64,000 nt of DNA from Owenia fusiformis (GCA_903813345.2 CAIIXF020000001.1:12586001-12650000), one strand, 5' to 3'. Numbered from the stretch's first letter, positions 12,801 to 27,500 are shown. Numbers and translations are program-made. The notes: generated by a model from the sequence alone, not told the origin.

Positions 12801-13733
12801 GTACAGATCAACCTAAAGTTTGAATCAAATCAGGATTTTCAATGACCTTAGTTTTTTTAATCAAAACTTACTGCAATGTTTGAAAAACCATCCATATCAA
12901 TAATATTATTAAAGTGTGGTGTAATTCAACTCTTCAAATTTTTGGGCAATATGTTTACTGCATTACTGAATATCTTCCTTACAGATATAAACTATTGAAC
13001 ATGTTCCTTATATGGAGGCTTATAAAAATGACCTTAGGAAGATTTTCTGATTTTTTAAGAACCCTGGGAAATTAATAGCCAAATATGGTAATTTATAGTG
13101 AATTCAGTATCACTCAGACCATCCTAAATGTAGACTACAGTATTCATGACTAAATATTTTGCTGCTATCTAATCTGTTAACTGTAGGTATTATTTATTGT
13201 AGTCATACTTGGGGCAGTCATCGGAATCCTGATCCTCCTTCTTGTGATTGCAGTACTCATTATCTTCATCATTATATACAGGTATCTTATATAAATGTTT
13301 ATCTTTAAAATAGTATGCCATTATTATATACAATATTATTACCCAGGAACATAAGTAAAATTGGTTTACTTGCAGAAGATCCAAAAAGAGATGCAACCCA
13401 ACCAAAGCTGGTGACAAACAGATTGATCCAGTTGAACCTGTCTATCTCAATGATCCAGACAGCACTAATCTGAATGAATCTGAAATGCATAACTACGAGA
13501 ATAAGGGAATGTGGAACCCAACCACAGATGGTGAAAAGCAGATTGAACCAGTTGAACCTGTTTATCTCAATGATCCAGACAGCATTAAGCCAAATACATC
13601 TGAAGTGCATAACTATGAGGACATAAATTTGGACAATAGAACTCACAATGAAGCAAACCTGTACTGTAGGTTAGATTTGAACAGTGAATCAAAGCATGTT
13701 CAAGATGATAAAGAAACCCCTTATGCAGTTTAA
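9853..13733 (+). CDS. Receptor R3 (chimeric: R7-like ectodomain, R2/R4-like stalk, TM and tail), tail truncated
   Basis: Exons 9853-9922 (signal), 10909-11178, 11534-11836, 12046-~12111 (donor uncertain), 12603-12800, 13203-13281 (TM) and 13376-13733. Confidence 0.75.
10153..10857. mobile_element. Foldback/MITE-like element with about 300-bp inverted arms, in R3 intron 1
   Basis: 10153-10457 is an imperfect reverse complement of 10551-10857, and mirror ORFs appear on both strands. The element is absent at the matching position in R7. Confidence 0.8.
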
Positions 13734-15087
13734 AAGATGTGAATTCTTAAAATAAATTCAGCAAATAAGTTGTCAAGTCAGTTCCAAAATATGGAAACTA
13801 ATTCCATATACCCTACAAGTAATAATGACTCTTACCCGCAACTGATAAAAAACTCAAAACTCAAAGTAGTCCCAAAGATCCAGTCAGCGGAGGTCATGAT
13901 AAGATCCCACTTGGGCCAGATTACGGGAAGATATCATATATTCTTTTCAACACATTCAAAATGGCATAGCATGTACATAATGAGTGATATTTCACAATTC
14001 ATACATTTTGTTTGTTTTCAATGGTTATATGACTTCAACTACTGTTCATTAAGCAGAAATTTGATTATAAGATCTGACAAATATTAGATGCATATTTAAA
14101 TGAGTTGAACTACTCTGTGTGCAGAGTCTAGTTATAAACTACCCTCTGCCTAGTATCAACTTTATTACAGTTTAGCAGCCCAAGCTCCACGACCAATGCC
14201 TGTGATGGCTCAGGTCATAAATCATTTCATACCTAATGCACTGACATATTCTCAACCAATCAGCGAGGTGGAAGGAACCCTTGCTAAATGTGTGCACAAT
14301 AATTATGCGATTATGTCAGAGAAAATAACCGTCGCCCTTTTTTCGAAGAAGAACTCTGATTAGCAGGGTGAGTTCAGAGATTTATTAAAAACTGAAAGAG
14401 TGAAGACAAAGCTCTCTTTTAAGAAGCAAGTTGAACTAATGCAAAGGGTAGAGTTGAACATAACATAGTGGTCAAATCATCAGCCGACATTTGAATTGGT
14501 GAATGCTTGCTAAGTTTGTACACTGGACTTAGACCTGGGAATACCAGTTCTTACATTGTATCAGTTTCAGTTTTGTCTAGAGAATGTGCAAATGTAATTA
14601 AATAGTTGACTATTTTATAAACATATACAGAACATAACATATAAACATCATAGTTCACAAGAGGAGACATTTTAAATCTTAACCAGTTGAGGTGAAAAAT
14701 AATCACCAGAATTTTTATAGAGGTGTATAATTTGCCCAGTCCACCATCCTGACAGATGTTACAAAACCCAACTAAACAAAACAATACAAGGACCCTAATT
14801 AAATAAAGAGGGTGGCATGATGTTGATTTTGGTGTTGAAATATTGAAAATAGTAACAGGAAGTGTTTTCTGAAAATATTGTGAACAATTATGTGGCTGAT
14901 ATCATAGTCTAGTTAAACATCAACACCTTTATCTTGGCACATAAATTTTTATGACAAATTTCAACGAATTCCACAAAGTAAAATTTCCTTAATGAACTTA
15001 GTTTACATGAACTTAAATTTTTATTTTTTGAAATAACAATTCAATTTCAACTCAAGATACAGACAGAATCAATCAAAAAAGAAAACA

Positions 15088-18000
15088 ATGCAAAACATGA
15101 TATATTTTGGATTACTCCTTGCATCACTACTGAATGTGAACCTTGCATTATTTAATGACCATGCCAATGGTAAGTGTTTTCATATTTTGCTAATTGTAGA
15201 GAGAAAAATCATCTTGAGATATTTAGGAAACAAGCAATGTGATAAAAGTTGTTTTCAAATTTGTAGATCAACAATCCTGTAATTTTCATTTGATAAGGAA
15301 GAGAGAGGATAAAAAAGCAAGTTCATGTTCCTGGGTGGGTGAATTAAGGGATACATCTCTTGGAGCATGCAAACAGTTGGCATGTTCAAGGAGTGCCACT
15401 GTAATAAATTGGGATAGTGGTTCAAGATCTTGCCAAATAAGGAAATGTGACAAACACAAAGATTTTGATGACTGGGACTTTCAGGAGAGAAGCTCACTTG
15501 TGGACGAAGTCTACTCTATTCTATGTGAGTATAAAATAATATGACTAATTTTCAGAACTATATTCTTTTTTACCATGTAAGAGTATTTAACATATTGGAG
15601 ACAGTTGAGAGATAAAAGCCAAACAAGGCATTAACATGACAAAATGTCACCACCTAGTTGCTCACAATATTATGACTTCAATCTTAAGTCAGATTTGAAT
15701 TTCTGAGAACTTGTTGAAATGATTTGGAAAAAAAATTAGTCAATTTGAAGCAAGTTAAAAAAAAAACTTTTTGACCCTGAGAAGGTCATTGAAGGTGAAA
15801 TCTAAAATCTAAACTCAGATTTGAACTTGTAGATGAAGCAAGTTGAAAACAGACCTTTTTGAGCTTTTTTTACCTTCAGGTCATTGAAGGTGAAATGTAA
15901 AGTCAGATTTCAACTTCTGAGAACTCATAGGTCTTGAAAAAATAGGTCAATTTGAAGCAAACTGAAAAATACCTTTTTGACCTTTTTTAACCTTTCTTGA
16001 CCTTGAAAAGGTCATTGAAGGTCAAATTTTAAATCAAGTCAGAATTGAACTTTCGAGAACTTGTAGATGATTTTGAAAAAATTGGAGTCAGTTTAAACAT
16101 TAAGTTATTGGAAGTTGTAAGAATTTGTTACAGATGCCAACGACCAACCACCGATCGCCAACCATCACCTGCCTTCTGCCGTCATAAAAAAATGGAGACC
16201 ATAATAACAATATGTCACCGCTTTTTGGTGCTGACATAAAACTGTTATTCCACATTTGACTATTTAAGCTGATATTATTTATTTTATGAATATTTAGAGT
16301 ATAAAAATGTTTAATTGTTTATGATGTCTGCATGTTGAGAGAGGCTAAAATTATACAAATTATACATAATTGCATAATTTTTATGAATTCAGTTCTTGAA
16401 AAAATTCTCATGATTTTCCAGTGTCTTGAATATCTGGAATACATTTGTTCATAGTTCACCCCTATAAGAATTAAGAACTAGGAGTCAGTGCCTGGGTCAC
16501 CAATTTAAAGCACTACAAATGTTATGGGCAATTCAATATTCAAAATTGGTATTGAAGGTCAAGAGAATGCTTTGGGTCAATATCATCAGAAGGGTCAAAT
16601 TTGTAAAACAGTTAATGAATGATACCTGCCATCAAATATATCAACAATATAGTCACTACAGACCAAGCTTTAACTAAAGGTCACAGTAAGGAGTCAAGAT
16701 CATGAGAAATATTAGCAAGGTAATACACAAAATGTTGCCACCTGCCATTTGTTACAGATGACATTGTTACAGATGCCAAACACCAACTTGTGGTTGTGAC
16801 ATAAAAATCAATGTTTGGGTTATTTTTCTATTTTAGTGTTAGTATATGGAAGGTCAATGGTCTTAAAGGTTCTTCGGATCAATAGATTAATCAAGGGAAT
16901 ATCAATGAAGTAGCTACCAAAAAGTCTCCAATCATGTTTCAGATTATACACCAATGGTGTGGGATCATAATGTCATCAAAATGTATGAGGCTTAAGTATC
17001 ATGAATTTTAAAAACTGGGCTTGGTTAATTCCCTTTAACATTGACAAAATTGGTCCCTAATCTTAGAAAAATGGGTTTATTTTTGTAAACTTTTATCTAC
17101 ATTTATATGAACCCGTTAAACTCATAAAGCATTGGTGTATATGGAATATCTGAAATAACTATAACTATATGAACTCCTGAAATCAATTCGTAACTTAGTG
17201 TATCTATCTAATAGTATTTATATCATATTATTTTTTATATGTACTGTTTTCTTTCAGATCTGGGTTCACCTAAATGTGGACAGAGACACTATGTTAACAG
17301 AATGAATATGGAATCTAATTCATCATCTCAATGTCCACATGTAGCCTCTCATCCTAACATTTCTTCACTCAAAGAGTGTATGAGACGGGCTTGTAAGGAC
17401 AATGCCAATGTCTTCAATTACAAAATCAAAGGCAATGAAAATAATTCAAATGGATGTTTTACCAAAAACTGCAGTCGTAAAGATGGGAATGGAGATTATG
17501 ATTTCATCTTTTCTACTGACAATGGTGCATACTATGTATATGCTTTAACTTGTAAGTACCAATCTATATGGTTTATTATTTATTATATTCATCATAACCA
17601 AAGTTTCATACAAAATATGCATAGGGTGTGCCAATAAATGCATATAAACAACATTTCAAACAATCTATGGATTAATTTTAACACTGATGGAGTAGTCAAT
17701 CATAGTTCAGTTATGCTGCAATTTCTAGTTTTAAATTTGTTCAATTTTATACTGATATTATGTATCATAACTAAATAAAGCAATACTGTACTTCAATACT
17801 GTTTTAGTGGAGCCTGTAGAGGTTACTACGGAAACTCCAACTACAACAACAACCAAAGAAACAACATCAGGCTATATTAGTACAACAGAGTCAATCCATT
17901 TATCTACATATGATGCTACCTTGAAGACAACACAGTGCCCTATTACTATAGATGCTACTAATAATACTATTACAACATCCCCAACTGGAGTCCCAACAAA

Positions 18001-19509
18001 GAGTAATATAACAGGTAAGGTGTGATATGCATATTCCCTTTCTCTTTTTCTCCAAATATGACTTACACGTATATCATGCAATAAAATAAATATTATTTAC
18101 ACTAAATGACTGGTGCCATATTTGAACCAATTGTTTTTACATAACCGGATCAATAAGGTTTCGTAAACTTTTAACAAATAAAATATGCATGTCTTATCTT
18201 ATCATAAACTAGTCTCAGTCATACATTTATACAAGAAATACACATATTGTTTCCTCATGTTGTATTCTGGCATGTATTTAATTGCAGCTATTGTGGGTGC
18301 AGTCATTGGAATCCTCCTTCTTGTTATTGCAGCACTCATTATCTTCATCATCATTATATGCAGGTATATCATCTGTTATTTTTCTTATATTATGCCATGA
18401 TTATGTACAATATTGCAAACCTAGCAAAGCCTTGTGACAGAGCTTCTGCTAGTAATAGCGGTTTGGGACAAATGGATTAATAGGAAAGTACATGTTTACT
18501 GTATCATACTATATTAGTACAACAGAGTCAATCCAATAGAAAAGTTTATTTCTGTGTATCAACTTCCTATATCACACAAAATCTTGAAAAGATCAGTAAA
18601 TTGGTAAATTGTTTAACAATGAAATAGCATTCTATCATATGTGAATGATTAGAAAGCATAATATAGTAAGAGTGAAATTGGTTTATTTGCAGAAGACGAA
18701 AAAAGAGACACAATCAACCCACAAATAGTGACAAGCATACACTTTCTAACAATTCGTCACACAGTGATGAAAGAGTTGAACATGTTTACCTTAATGATTC
18801 AGAAAGCACTAACCCAAATGAAACAGTAGTACATAACTATGAGGATATAGCATTGGACGATGGAGCTCACAATGAAGCAAACCCAAAAAGCAACATAAGA
18901 CTAAGCAACCTGTACTCAAACGTGGATTTAAACAGTAAATCAAAACACACAAAAATTCAAGCTGATAAAGAAACCCCTTATGCAGTATCCCCTTTAAAAG
19001 ATGTGAATTCTGCCCATGATAATGTAAATTCAGTCCATGATATGTTGGGCCAGTTCCCAAATATGAAAACCAATTCCATATACTCTATCAGTAGTGATGA
19101 TGATCCCCAGTTGCAAATTGATAATGAAACCCCTTATGCAGAATCACCTTTAAAAGATGTGAATACAACCCCTGGTAACATAAAGTCCTCTAAAGATTCA
19201 AGTCAAATTTTGTTATCCTCAGGTCAGTTTCCAAGTATGAAAACCAATTCCATTTACTCTATCAATAGTGATGACTCTTCCCCGATGCAAAATGATAAAG
19301 AAACCACAGCTCAATATGATCCCAAAGACACTGTCGATGGAGATGATAAGATCAATGAAATATATTCCACCAGTGATGGTCACATTGATGGTCCAAACGC
19401 AGCAAAAGACACAAACCAAGGAGATGATGGTTATGATCTTTTGAAACTTAAGAAAGACAAAAAGGTTCAGTTAAATCAAGATATTGATACTTACAGTCAT
19501 ATTAAATGA
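15088..19509 (+). CDS. Receptor R4 (type A, full-length tail)
   Basis: Exons 15088-15169, 15267-15524, 17258-17551, 17808-18014, 18288-18363 (TM) and 18693-19509. The protein ends ...GYDLL...TYSHIK. Confidence 0.88.
15620..16240. repeat. Dispersed repeat family member, with related copies near 16720, 30466 and 60614 and internal similarity to 26700-26890
   Basis: Shared start acaaggcattaacatg..aaaatgtcaccac and shared end ..gacataaa. Confidence 0.6.
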
Positions 19510-20101
19510 ACTAGTTAAATGACACATCATTTCAAACAGACATTTACCTTTTGGATAACCAGAATAATAAAACCCTTTTCAACTGAATTCAACTGCCGGC
19601 TGATGGCTTATTCATTTTATTTTATGGCCAAATTAAATAGTACCACAAACATTGCTTTAACATTGGCACTTTCTATCACTTGTACACAAATTATGTTTTA
19701 AAATATGTATGAGAGGTCAATGAGAAGAATTAAATTATATGAAATCGAACATCACATGAATATTTAGTTAAAAAATGGTTAATGAATTATTCTTAGAATA
19801 TATAAAAATGGAAAACACTTCATATTACATGTATTTAAACCACATGATTTGAAATCACGATGCTCTTTATCAGAATCATTTTTTACTTCCTTGTTTAATT
19901 GGTTTGATGTCCATGGTACACTGTACTTGTACCTGTCAGAACTATTATTTATTAGAAAATACAGCATAATTGCACCTTTTAATCTTGTATTTGTGGTTGA
20001 TTAAAATTGTACCTTTAACCCTATACATATTGACACTGATCATCCTGATTTGCTATAATTGTGATTCTACAAAAAGGTTGCAGATCTTTGACAGTGAAAA
20101 C

Positions 20102-23100
20102 ATGAAAACAATGACTCTTTTGCTTTGTATCGGACTTATAACAATAATGGAATGTGTGATGGCATTGAACAATGGAGATGGTAGGTTTATTTTTTACATT
20201 TTGATTTTCTAAATTTAACATGAGATTTCTGATTACCATTCTAGTTGCATAGTCCTCATATCACACAACCTACGATTCATTTTTTTATTGTTTCAAATAT
20301 TATATTTTATGAAAGACTAATAAATATCATAATCTTAGAACCTCCATCTCCAGTCTTATAAGGTGGAGTATAGCAAATATATTTACAATGTGAAATCCTG
20401 TTTGGGTTAAAAGCATGTAAAAATGATATTACATTTTCCAAGGTTAATTCAATTCTACTAGCAGTAACTCATAACTTTTCCAGAATACAACTGTGTCCCT
20501 GGGAACTTTCATTTGATCAGAAACACAGAAAACAAAAATGTCAGTAACTGCAAATCGGTTGGCTCAAATCAAGAAGAAAACTTAGATTCATGTACTAAGA
20601 GGGCCTGTGAGTGTGGAGGAAATGTTATCAACTGGAAGTCGCAAGAGAATGGGTCTTATTTAGGACTATGTGATGTACGAAGGTGCTACAGAAATGATAA
20701 TGGAGATGACTGGGACTTTCAGATTAGAAATGGCTCTGGTTATAAAGTCTATGCCATTCCTCGTAAGTTTTATCATTTTATCTCTAAGTAGAACATTCCT
20801 GGAAATAGACATTCTATATTAATTTCATAAATATGAAGCACTACAATAATTACAACAATAACATTGAACTTTCTTTTTATTTTCCAGACCCAAACATACC
20901 TACCTGTCCAGACAGAACCAATAACAATGTAGTACATACTAAGCAGTTCATAAATAGAAGGGACATCTCAGACGGGATGTCTTCTAACTGTCTCCATCTT
21001 GCCAATAAAGATAATTACACATTGACAAAATGCATGGACTGTGCTTGTCAAAATAAAACAGCTAATGTTATTAACTTCAGATACGAGAAAAATAATAATA
21101 TTTTTCGATGCTACTTAAAACATTGTCAAAAAAACAATATGAATGATTATAACTTTAAGTATACACCAGAATATCACGGATTTTATGTTTATGCATTATC
21201 ACGTAAGTTCATCATCAACTTTATATAATTCTTTTCGTCTAAGAAAATGAAAGGGACATTAGGAATAAATGGTATCAAGTGCAAGAAAAACATATGATCA
21301 CAGAAATCTGAATTAAATGAAGTAGAATGGACTGGAATTGAAATAACTTGTGATATTTCTTCATAATGCATACACTTCTTAAATTCTTTATCTGAATTTG
21401 TATTCATGCAGTCACCATATTAATAGGTGAATTTAAACTTTATAAAATGTTTCAACAACTAAATTCTAGTGAAACCTATTGTGAATGATGACCATGTGCC
21501 CAACACCACAGACTGTACTGCAACAACAACCATATCAACAGAAGCTATGACTTCACCGGAATATCCAACTACAAATGAACCAGAAACCAATGAACCCTCA
21601 ACAAATAGTGCAACTGAAGCAAGTACTGGTACTACAGGAGAGAGCTTGAGTTCAACATGGACAGAGTCTACTACTGCAACAAAGTCTACTCCCTCAGATA
21701 TAAATTCAACTTTAACAGGTACGGACAGCACAGTATTACAGTACAGGGTATTAACATGACACAATTTCGTAACCTTGGTACAATTTAAAAAAAAACATAA
21801 TCAAACTATTTGTCACAGGTGCAAACATTTGAGCATGGTTTTAAGAATGAATGATCAATATATTCATTATTTTAGTTATTCTAATGCGGTGTTAACATGA
21901 CAAAATTCCAAAGGTATACTTTTTGTAAAAGGTGCAAACATAGTGGCTTTAACAATGAACATATAGCCACTTCTTGACTGTGGCATGAATTGATTTACTT
22001 CAATAAAATGATAAAGCCCATTCTCTTTGACATCCCTTTCAGGGATAACATCCTCTAGTGGAAGAACAACTGATCCACAACAGTCATCAACTGGTGTAGG
22101 GAGTAAGTATTCATATTTCACTATTTAAAGGTTTTGTTCAGCATTTTATACTGTGTGTTTCAAAGAAGAAATTGAAATTATGGCTCAACAGCATGCCAAA
22201 TGAACTCAGAAGACCATAACAGCAATGTTCCCGATATTTTTTTCTAAATTAGGAAAAATTCAAAAATTCCATTATTTTTTTACAGGGTGAGCCCAAAATA
22301 TATTTATAGTTTAAGTGTAAAAATTCATTTGTTGTTAATGTAACTGTTCTCAAACTTTCAGTTTATATCATACCTTATTTGTGTTATAAAAGTTCCAAAA
22401 TTAAGTGACTATGTGATACTCATCTGAATAGATATTTACATTTATATATGATTTGTGTATGTATTTTGCAGTTATAATTGCAGTTATACTGGGACTCCTT
22501 GTAATTATGATTGTCATCCTTGTTATGGTTGTCATCATCATGTACAGGTAAGTTACGATATAACATAAGACATAAATCAATATTTCAACAAAACAAACCA
22601 ATACAAATGCTATAAAATACATACAAAAGGAGCCAATCAGTTAGGTTCAATGTTTTATTCAAATGGATACATCTTAAACTAATAGGAAAATCAAGTTTAG
22701 AAAAATGCCCCATAGAACTAGTCAGCAAGCTTTTGTTTTTTATTTGAGATTAAATGAAATGAATATTTTAAAATCACATTTTAACATAAAATCAACATAT
22801 TTAACACATGAGTCAGAATCTGATATTTGGTATAAAGATAAGTAAACATTAATTACACCTCCAAATGTAAAAATACCAATGGGTCCCAAAGTTGCCTCCT
22901 CTAACTGACAGTACACAGTCAGCACAAGTAGACTGATGAGTGTACATGGGAAAGGTTAATTGCCTAAAAGATTTTGATGTTAATTCAATATCAAAATCCT
23001 CAAATTGAGAAAGCTAAAATCATACTTCCTTATTCATTTAATCTATGAGCAAATAGTTGACTTTTCCTCGTGTGATATGACTGTTTAACCTCAATCTTGA

Positions 23101-23809
23101 CATTGTCAAGGGAAACACTTTAAATTGATATACAGCAATACAAGTGTACCATTGCAGGAAACAGAAGAGGAGCCAATCAGCTACAAGTAGTGGAGGATTG
23201 GACAACAATATGATAACTATCTCCAATGACTTATCATCAAGTGGGCCAAACACAGAACATACATACCAAAATGATCCAAGTATAATCCATAACAAAGAAG
23301 TACAGTCTGCTTCCTCTAATATGGGACTCCCAAGCTATGAGGAAGTAACTCTTGATCAATCAAATCAATACGAAAATCCAAAGAAGGCAAATTCAACAAA
23401 AACCCCAGTAAGATTAAGTGAGCTGTATACTAAAGTTGATTTGAAGAGTAAACCAAAACATATTCAGGCCATTGATGTTGATGATCTCCCTAATGCAAAT
23501 GCCATCTATCAAAATGATGAAATGATTCAAAATTGTAGTACCTCTCAATATGAGAATCTAGCTATACCTACTAAAGGTGATCTGACAAGGGTGTCTCTAG
23601 ATGCCACTCAGGCCAATGCCCCAGTGCTAGAAGATAACTCTGCTGATATAAAACAAGATGAGTACTCATTAGCATGGGAGGCAGCATCAGATGATATCAA
23701 AGTCACTGTTGGGGACAATACAGATGAGGGTTATGATATATTAAAATTAAATAAAAATAAGAAAGAGGAACATTTTGATGATAGTTATAGCAAGGTCAAG
23801 AAGTATTAA
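20102..23809 (+). CDS. Receptor R5
   Basis: Exons 20102-20180 (signal MKTMTLLLCIGLITIMECVMA), 20484-20762, 20888-21202, 21470-21718, 22043-22102, 22472-22547 (TM) and 23158-23809. Confidence 0.88.
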
Positions 23810-24571
23810 AATGAATTATATCATTTTTGTTATCTGTAAATTGAAAGCTTCCTCAAAACGTGTATGTGTAACGCAATCGGATTGGTGTAATTATAAGTAG
23901 GTATGTAGACCAATGATATTATAAAATATAAGCTTATATTGTGTCCCCTTGATTTTGTGATATAACATAATTCATTACGATTTATAATGTCTGGTATTAT
24001 TATCACTCAGTTAAAGTAGTTGTACTTACAATTCTGAAAACATATTTTTAGTGTACCACCATGATCAACATTTTATTAGTTAATACACTATTTATCCAAA
24101 CTATATTTTATTGCTGTTATTATTCATAAATGTTTATTCTTAAATACAGCATCAATCAAAATCACAATGATGCATATAACGGTGAAAAGTGAGTACAATA
24201 CAAAGGCATATATGGTAGACATCCACTTGCATGGGCGTAGGACAACAGATAGTTGCAAACACACTCCATATACAAATAATTTCAAAAAATTTCCCCAGAC
24301 CCCCTGAATGTCCGTTTTTTGCTTCGTTTAACTTGTGTTCTCGTTGTGACGCACTACTCATAAAAATAGCACTACGCCCATGACTTGATAACATTCAGGG
24401 AAGAGCTTAATCCAAAACTAGATAGTATGAGTTGATAAATCTCAGCTGACATTTTTAAAACTTAATTTATTAATAATACTTAAAATAAATTTCAACTGGG
24501 TTTATTTAAACACAGATTATTTGAAATACATATCCATTACAACCAACAAGGTCTAGAGTAGCTTCAGAAAA

Positions 24572-27500
24572 ATGGAAAGAATTGTAAAAATAGTATGTTC
24601 ATTATATTTATTTCACAAAGTGTCTCTTGCACTGATATTGTTCTCAATAAGTGTGGATTGTTCAATGCTTAATTCGGGTGAGTCAAGCAATTTATCATTT
24701 TTTCTTTCTCACTACTTTTTTAATCTCATTGGAATTCTCTTTTAAGTTACTCTCTAATTGTGACTGATATCAATTTTACCTGATATATTCTGAGTGGTTC
24801 TATTCTTGATTTTAATAACACACCTCATAAACATAATCTTTTTTAGACTTTACTTGCAATCCTGACAACTTTCATTTGATCAGACACATAGCAGATGACA
24901 GATACAGTGACTGTGATGAATTAGAATCAAATGATATGGACTTAGAACCATGTAAAAGAAAGGCGTGTGAGAAGCAAGGGAATGTTATCAACTGGAGACC
25001 AGGCATTCTTTCGTTATATCAATGTGAAGTTAGAAAATGTGTAAAGAATGAAAGAAATGATGACTGGAGAATTAAAATAAAAACTTCTTTGTTTAGTGGT
25101 TGGAAGATCTATATTATTCCATGTAAGTATAAACCAAGTACTAGTACAATGCTTTACTACATTTTGTACTTGATATTATATGTTTATAACTTAAATTGGT
25201 AGTCAACAGCCCCAAATTTGTGGCATATGGTACCACAGCCCCTGTATGCACACGCTAATTACCACATAAACATTATACAAGAAAAGCAGTCCTACACACT
25301 TATTACCACATAAACTTTTTACAGGAAAAACAGTCCTAAACACTTATTACCACATAAACTTTATACAGGAAAAACAGTTCTACACACTTAATACCGCATA
25401 AATTGTATACAGGAAAAACAGTCCTACCTTTTGTCCAAATTCAATGAAAAGTAGGACCTTTTGTAAGATTTTTGATATTCAGAATTTTCATCCAAAGATA
25501 ATTGAGTTCGCAAATTATGAAAATTGTTAAGGTTTGAATTAATTTTTTTCTCCTCTGGTACCCTTATAAGATATAGATCAAAATTAACATGAGATCTATT
25601 TTATAGATCCAAATGCTCCTAAATGCGAAAAGTGTGAAAATTCAAAACTGCTCAAGAAACAGTTCATCAACAGGAGAAACATGATTGACAGGAAGAGATC
25701 AGACTGCCGTGATTCAGGTTTTTCAAATAGCCATAATTCAACAAGTCTGAAGCAATGTATGGTACAAGCTTGTCGTGACAATGCTAATGTATTCAACTAT
25801 AGGGACCAGGAATGCCAAACAAAACGATGCAACTTTGAAAAAATTGATGGTGATTATGATCTTAAATTGGAAACTGATCCAAGAGGATTCTTGGTTTATG
25901 CTCTCACAGGTGGGTAGAATAAAAACTATACTGTACAACAAACTACATACAAATATTGATGATTTATAATTGGCAAAAAATATCCAAATATGATTAAAAA
26001 TGGATATAAATTGGTACTAATTTCATTTCAGTGAACCCTCTTGTAGATAATCCTGATGCACCTACTACAATAGAAACAACAACAGGGCCTCTTACAACTC
26101 TTCAAAGCACAAACACAGTCACAAGAGAACCAACAACAGGGCCTCTTACAACTCTTCAAAGCACAAACACAGTCACAATAGAACCAACTGGAACTACTGT
26201 TACAAATAGAATAAAAACCACATCTCCTGAACACAGTGGAACAACATATGGTAAAACTACTACACAACCAGGTAACTGCAGTTCATAAACATTTATGCAT
26301 AAACTGCAGTCATACTCTAAAAAACTGCAGTAACTGTAATCTAATGCAGTCATGAATGGTGGTATGATTGAATAAAGTTTTCAAAATAAGATCACACTGG
26401 ATTGCCATCTCAAGGGATGCTAATTGCCAATTCCAACAAGACACACAGTGATAAATATCGCACTTTGAAGAGCAAACTGACCACCATGCAATTTACCCAG
26501 CATGGCCAAAACCTAATCAGACCTTGGCACTAGTCTGCTCTTGCATCTGTAAACATTTCAAGTTGATAAGGTTAGCGGTTTTCCTGCAATTTTGATGACA
26601 AGAATTTATTTGTAGTCTTGAACTTTGGGAAGATTTAGATAACATTGTTTGTGACCTAATTTGATGACCTTCGACCTTGAAAATTTCACTTTTTCAGACC
26701 TCAGTAGGTCTTTTGTAATTAGCTGACCTAAATTTAAATCCAAAATATCAATTTAGAAAATCAAATTTTTGACCTTTTCAAGGCCACTGAAGGTCAACGA
26801 AAGGTCAAATCTGAAATCTAAGGTCAGATTTGAACTTCTGAGAACTTGTAGATGTTTTTAAAAAAAAAATTTGGTCAATTTGGAGCAATTTGAAAAATTC
26901 AAAATGGCCGCCAAATTGAAAAATTCAAAATGGCCACCATGTAATTCAGCCAGCATACCCAAAACCTAATCAGATCTTGGTAATAGTCTGCTCTTGCATC
27001 TGTAAAAATTTCAAGTTGAACGGATAAGTGGTTTTCCTGGAATTTTGATGACAAGATTTGTTGAAAAATTCAAAATGGCCGCCACATAGTTTACCCAGCA
27101 TGCCCTTTACCTAATCAGATCTTGGTACTAGTCTGCTCTTGCATCTGTTTAAATTTCAAGTTGAACAGGTAAGCAGTTATCCTGGAAATTTGATGACAAG
27201 ATTTGGTTTATGTCCCGCCCGCCCGCACGCCCAAACGCCCGCACGCCCAAACGCCCGCCCAACAGCACAAGACGACGACAATATAGCACTTTTTCAAAGT
27301 GCGATAAAAATGTTATGCATTATGAATATGCAGAATCAATGTCTTTTCAGAGGCAGAGACAACTAGTTCTGATGCAAGTAGCACCAGTTCTTTTAATATG
27401 GCACTACCAATCATAGTACAGGTACCATTAATATATTGTAATATAGATGACATCAATTTGAATGGAGTTCAATGTCTAAGGTATGGAATATACATCAGGA

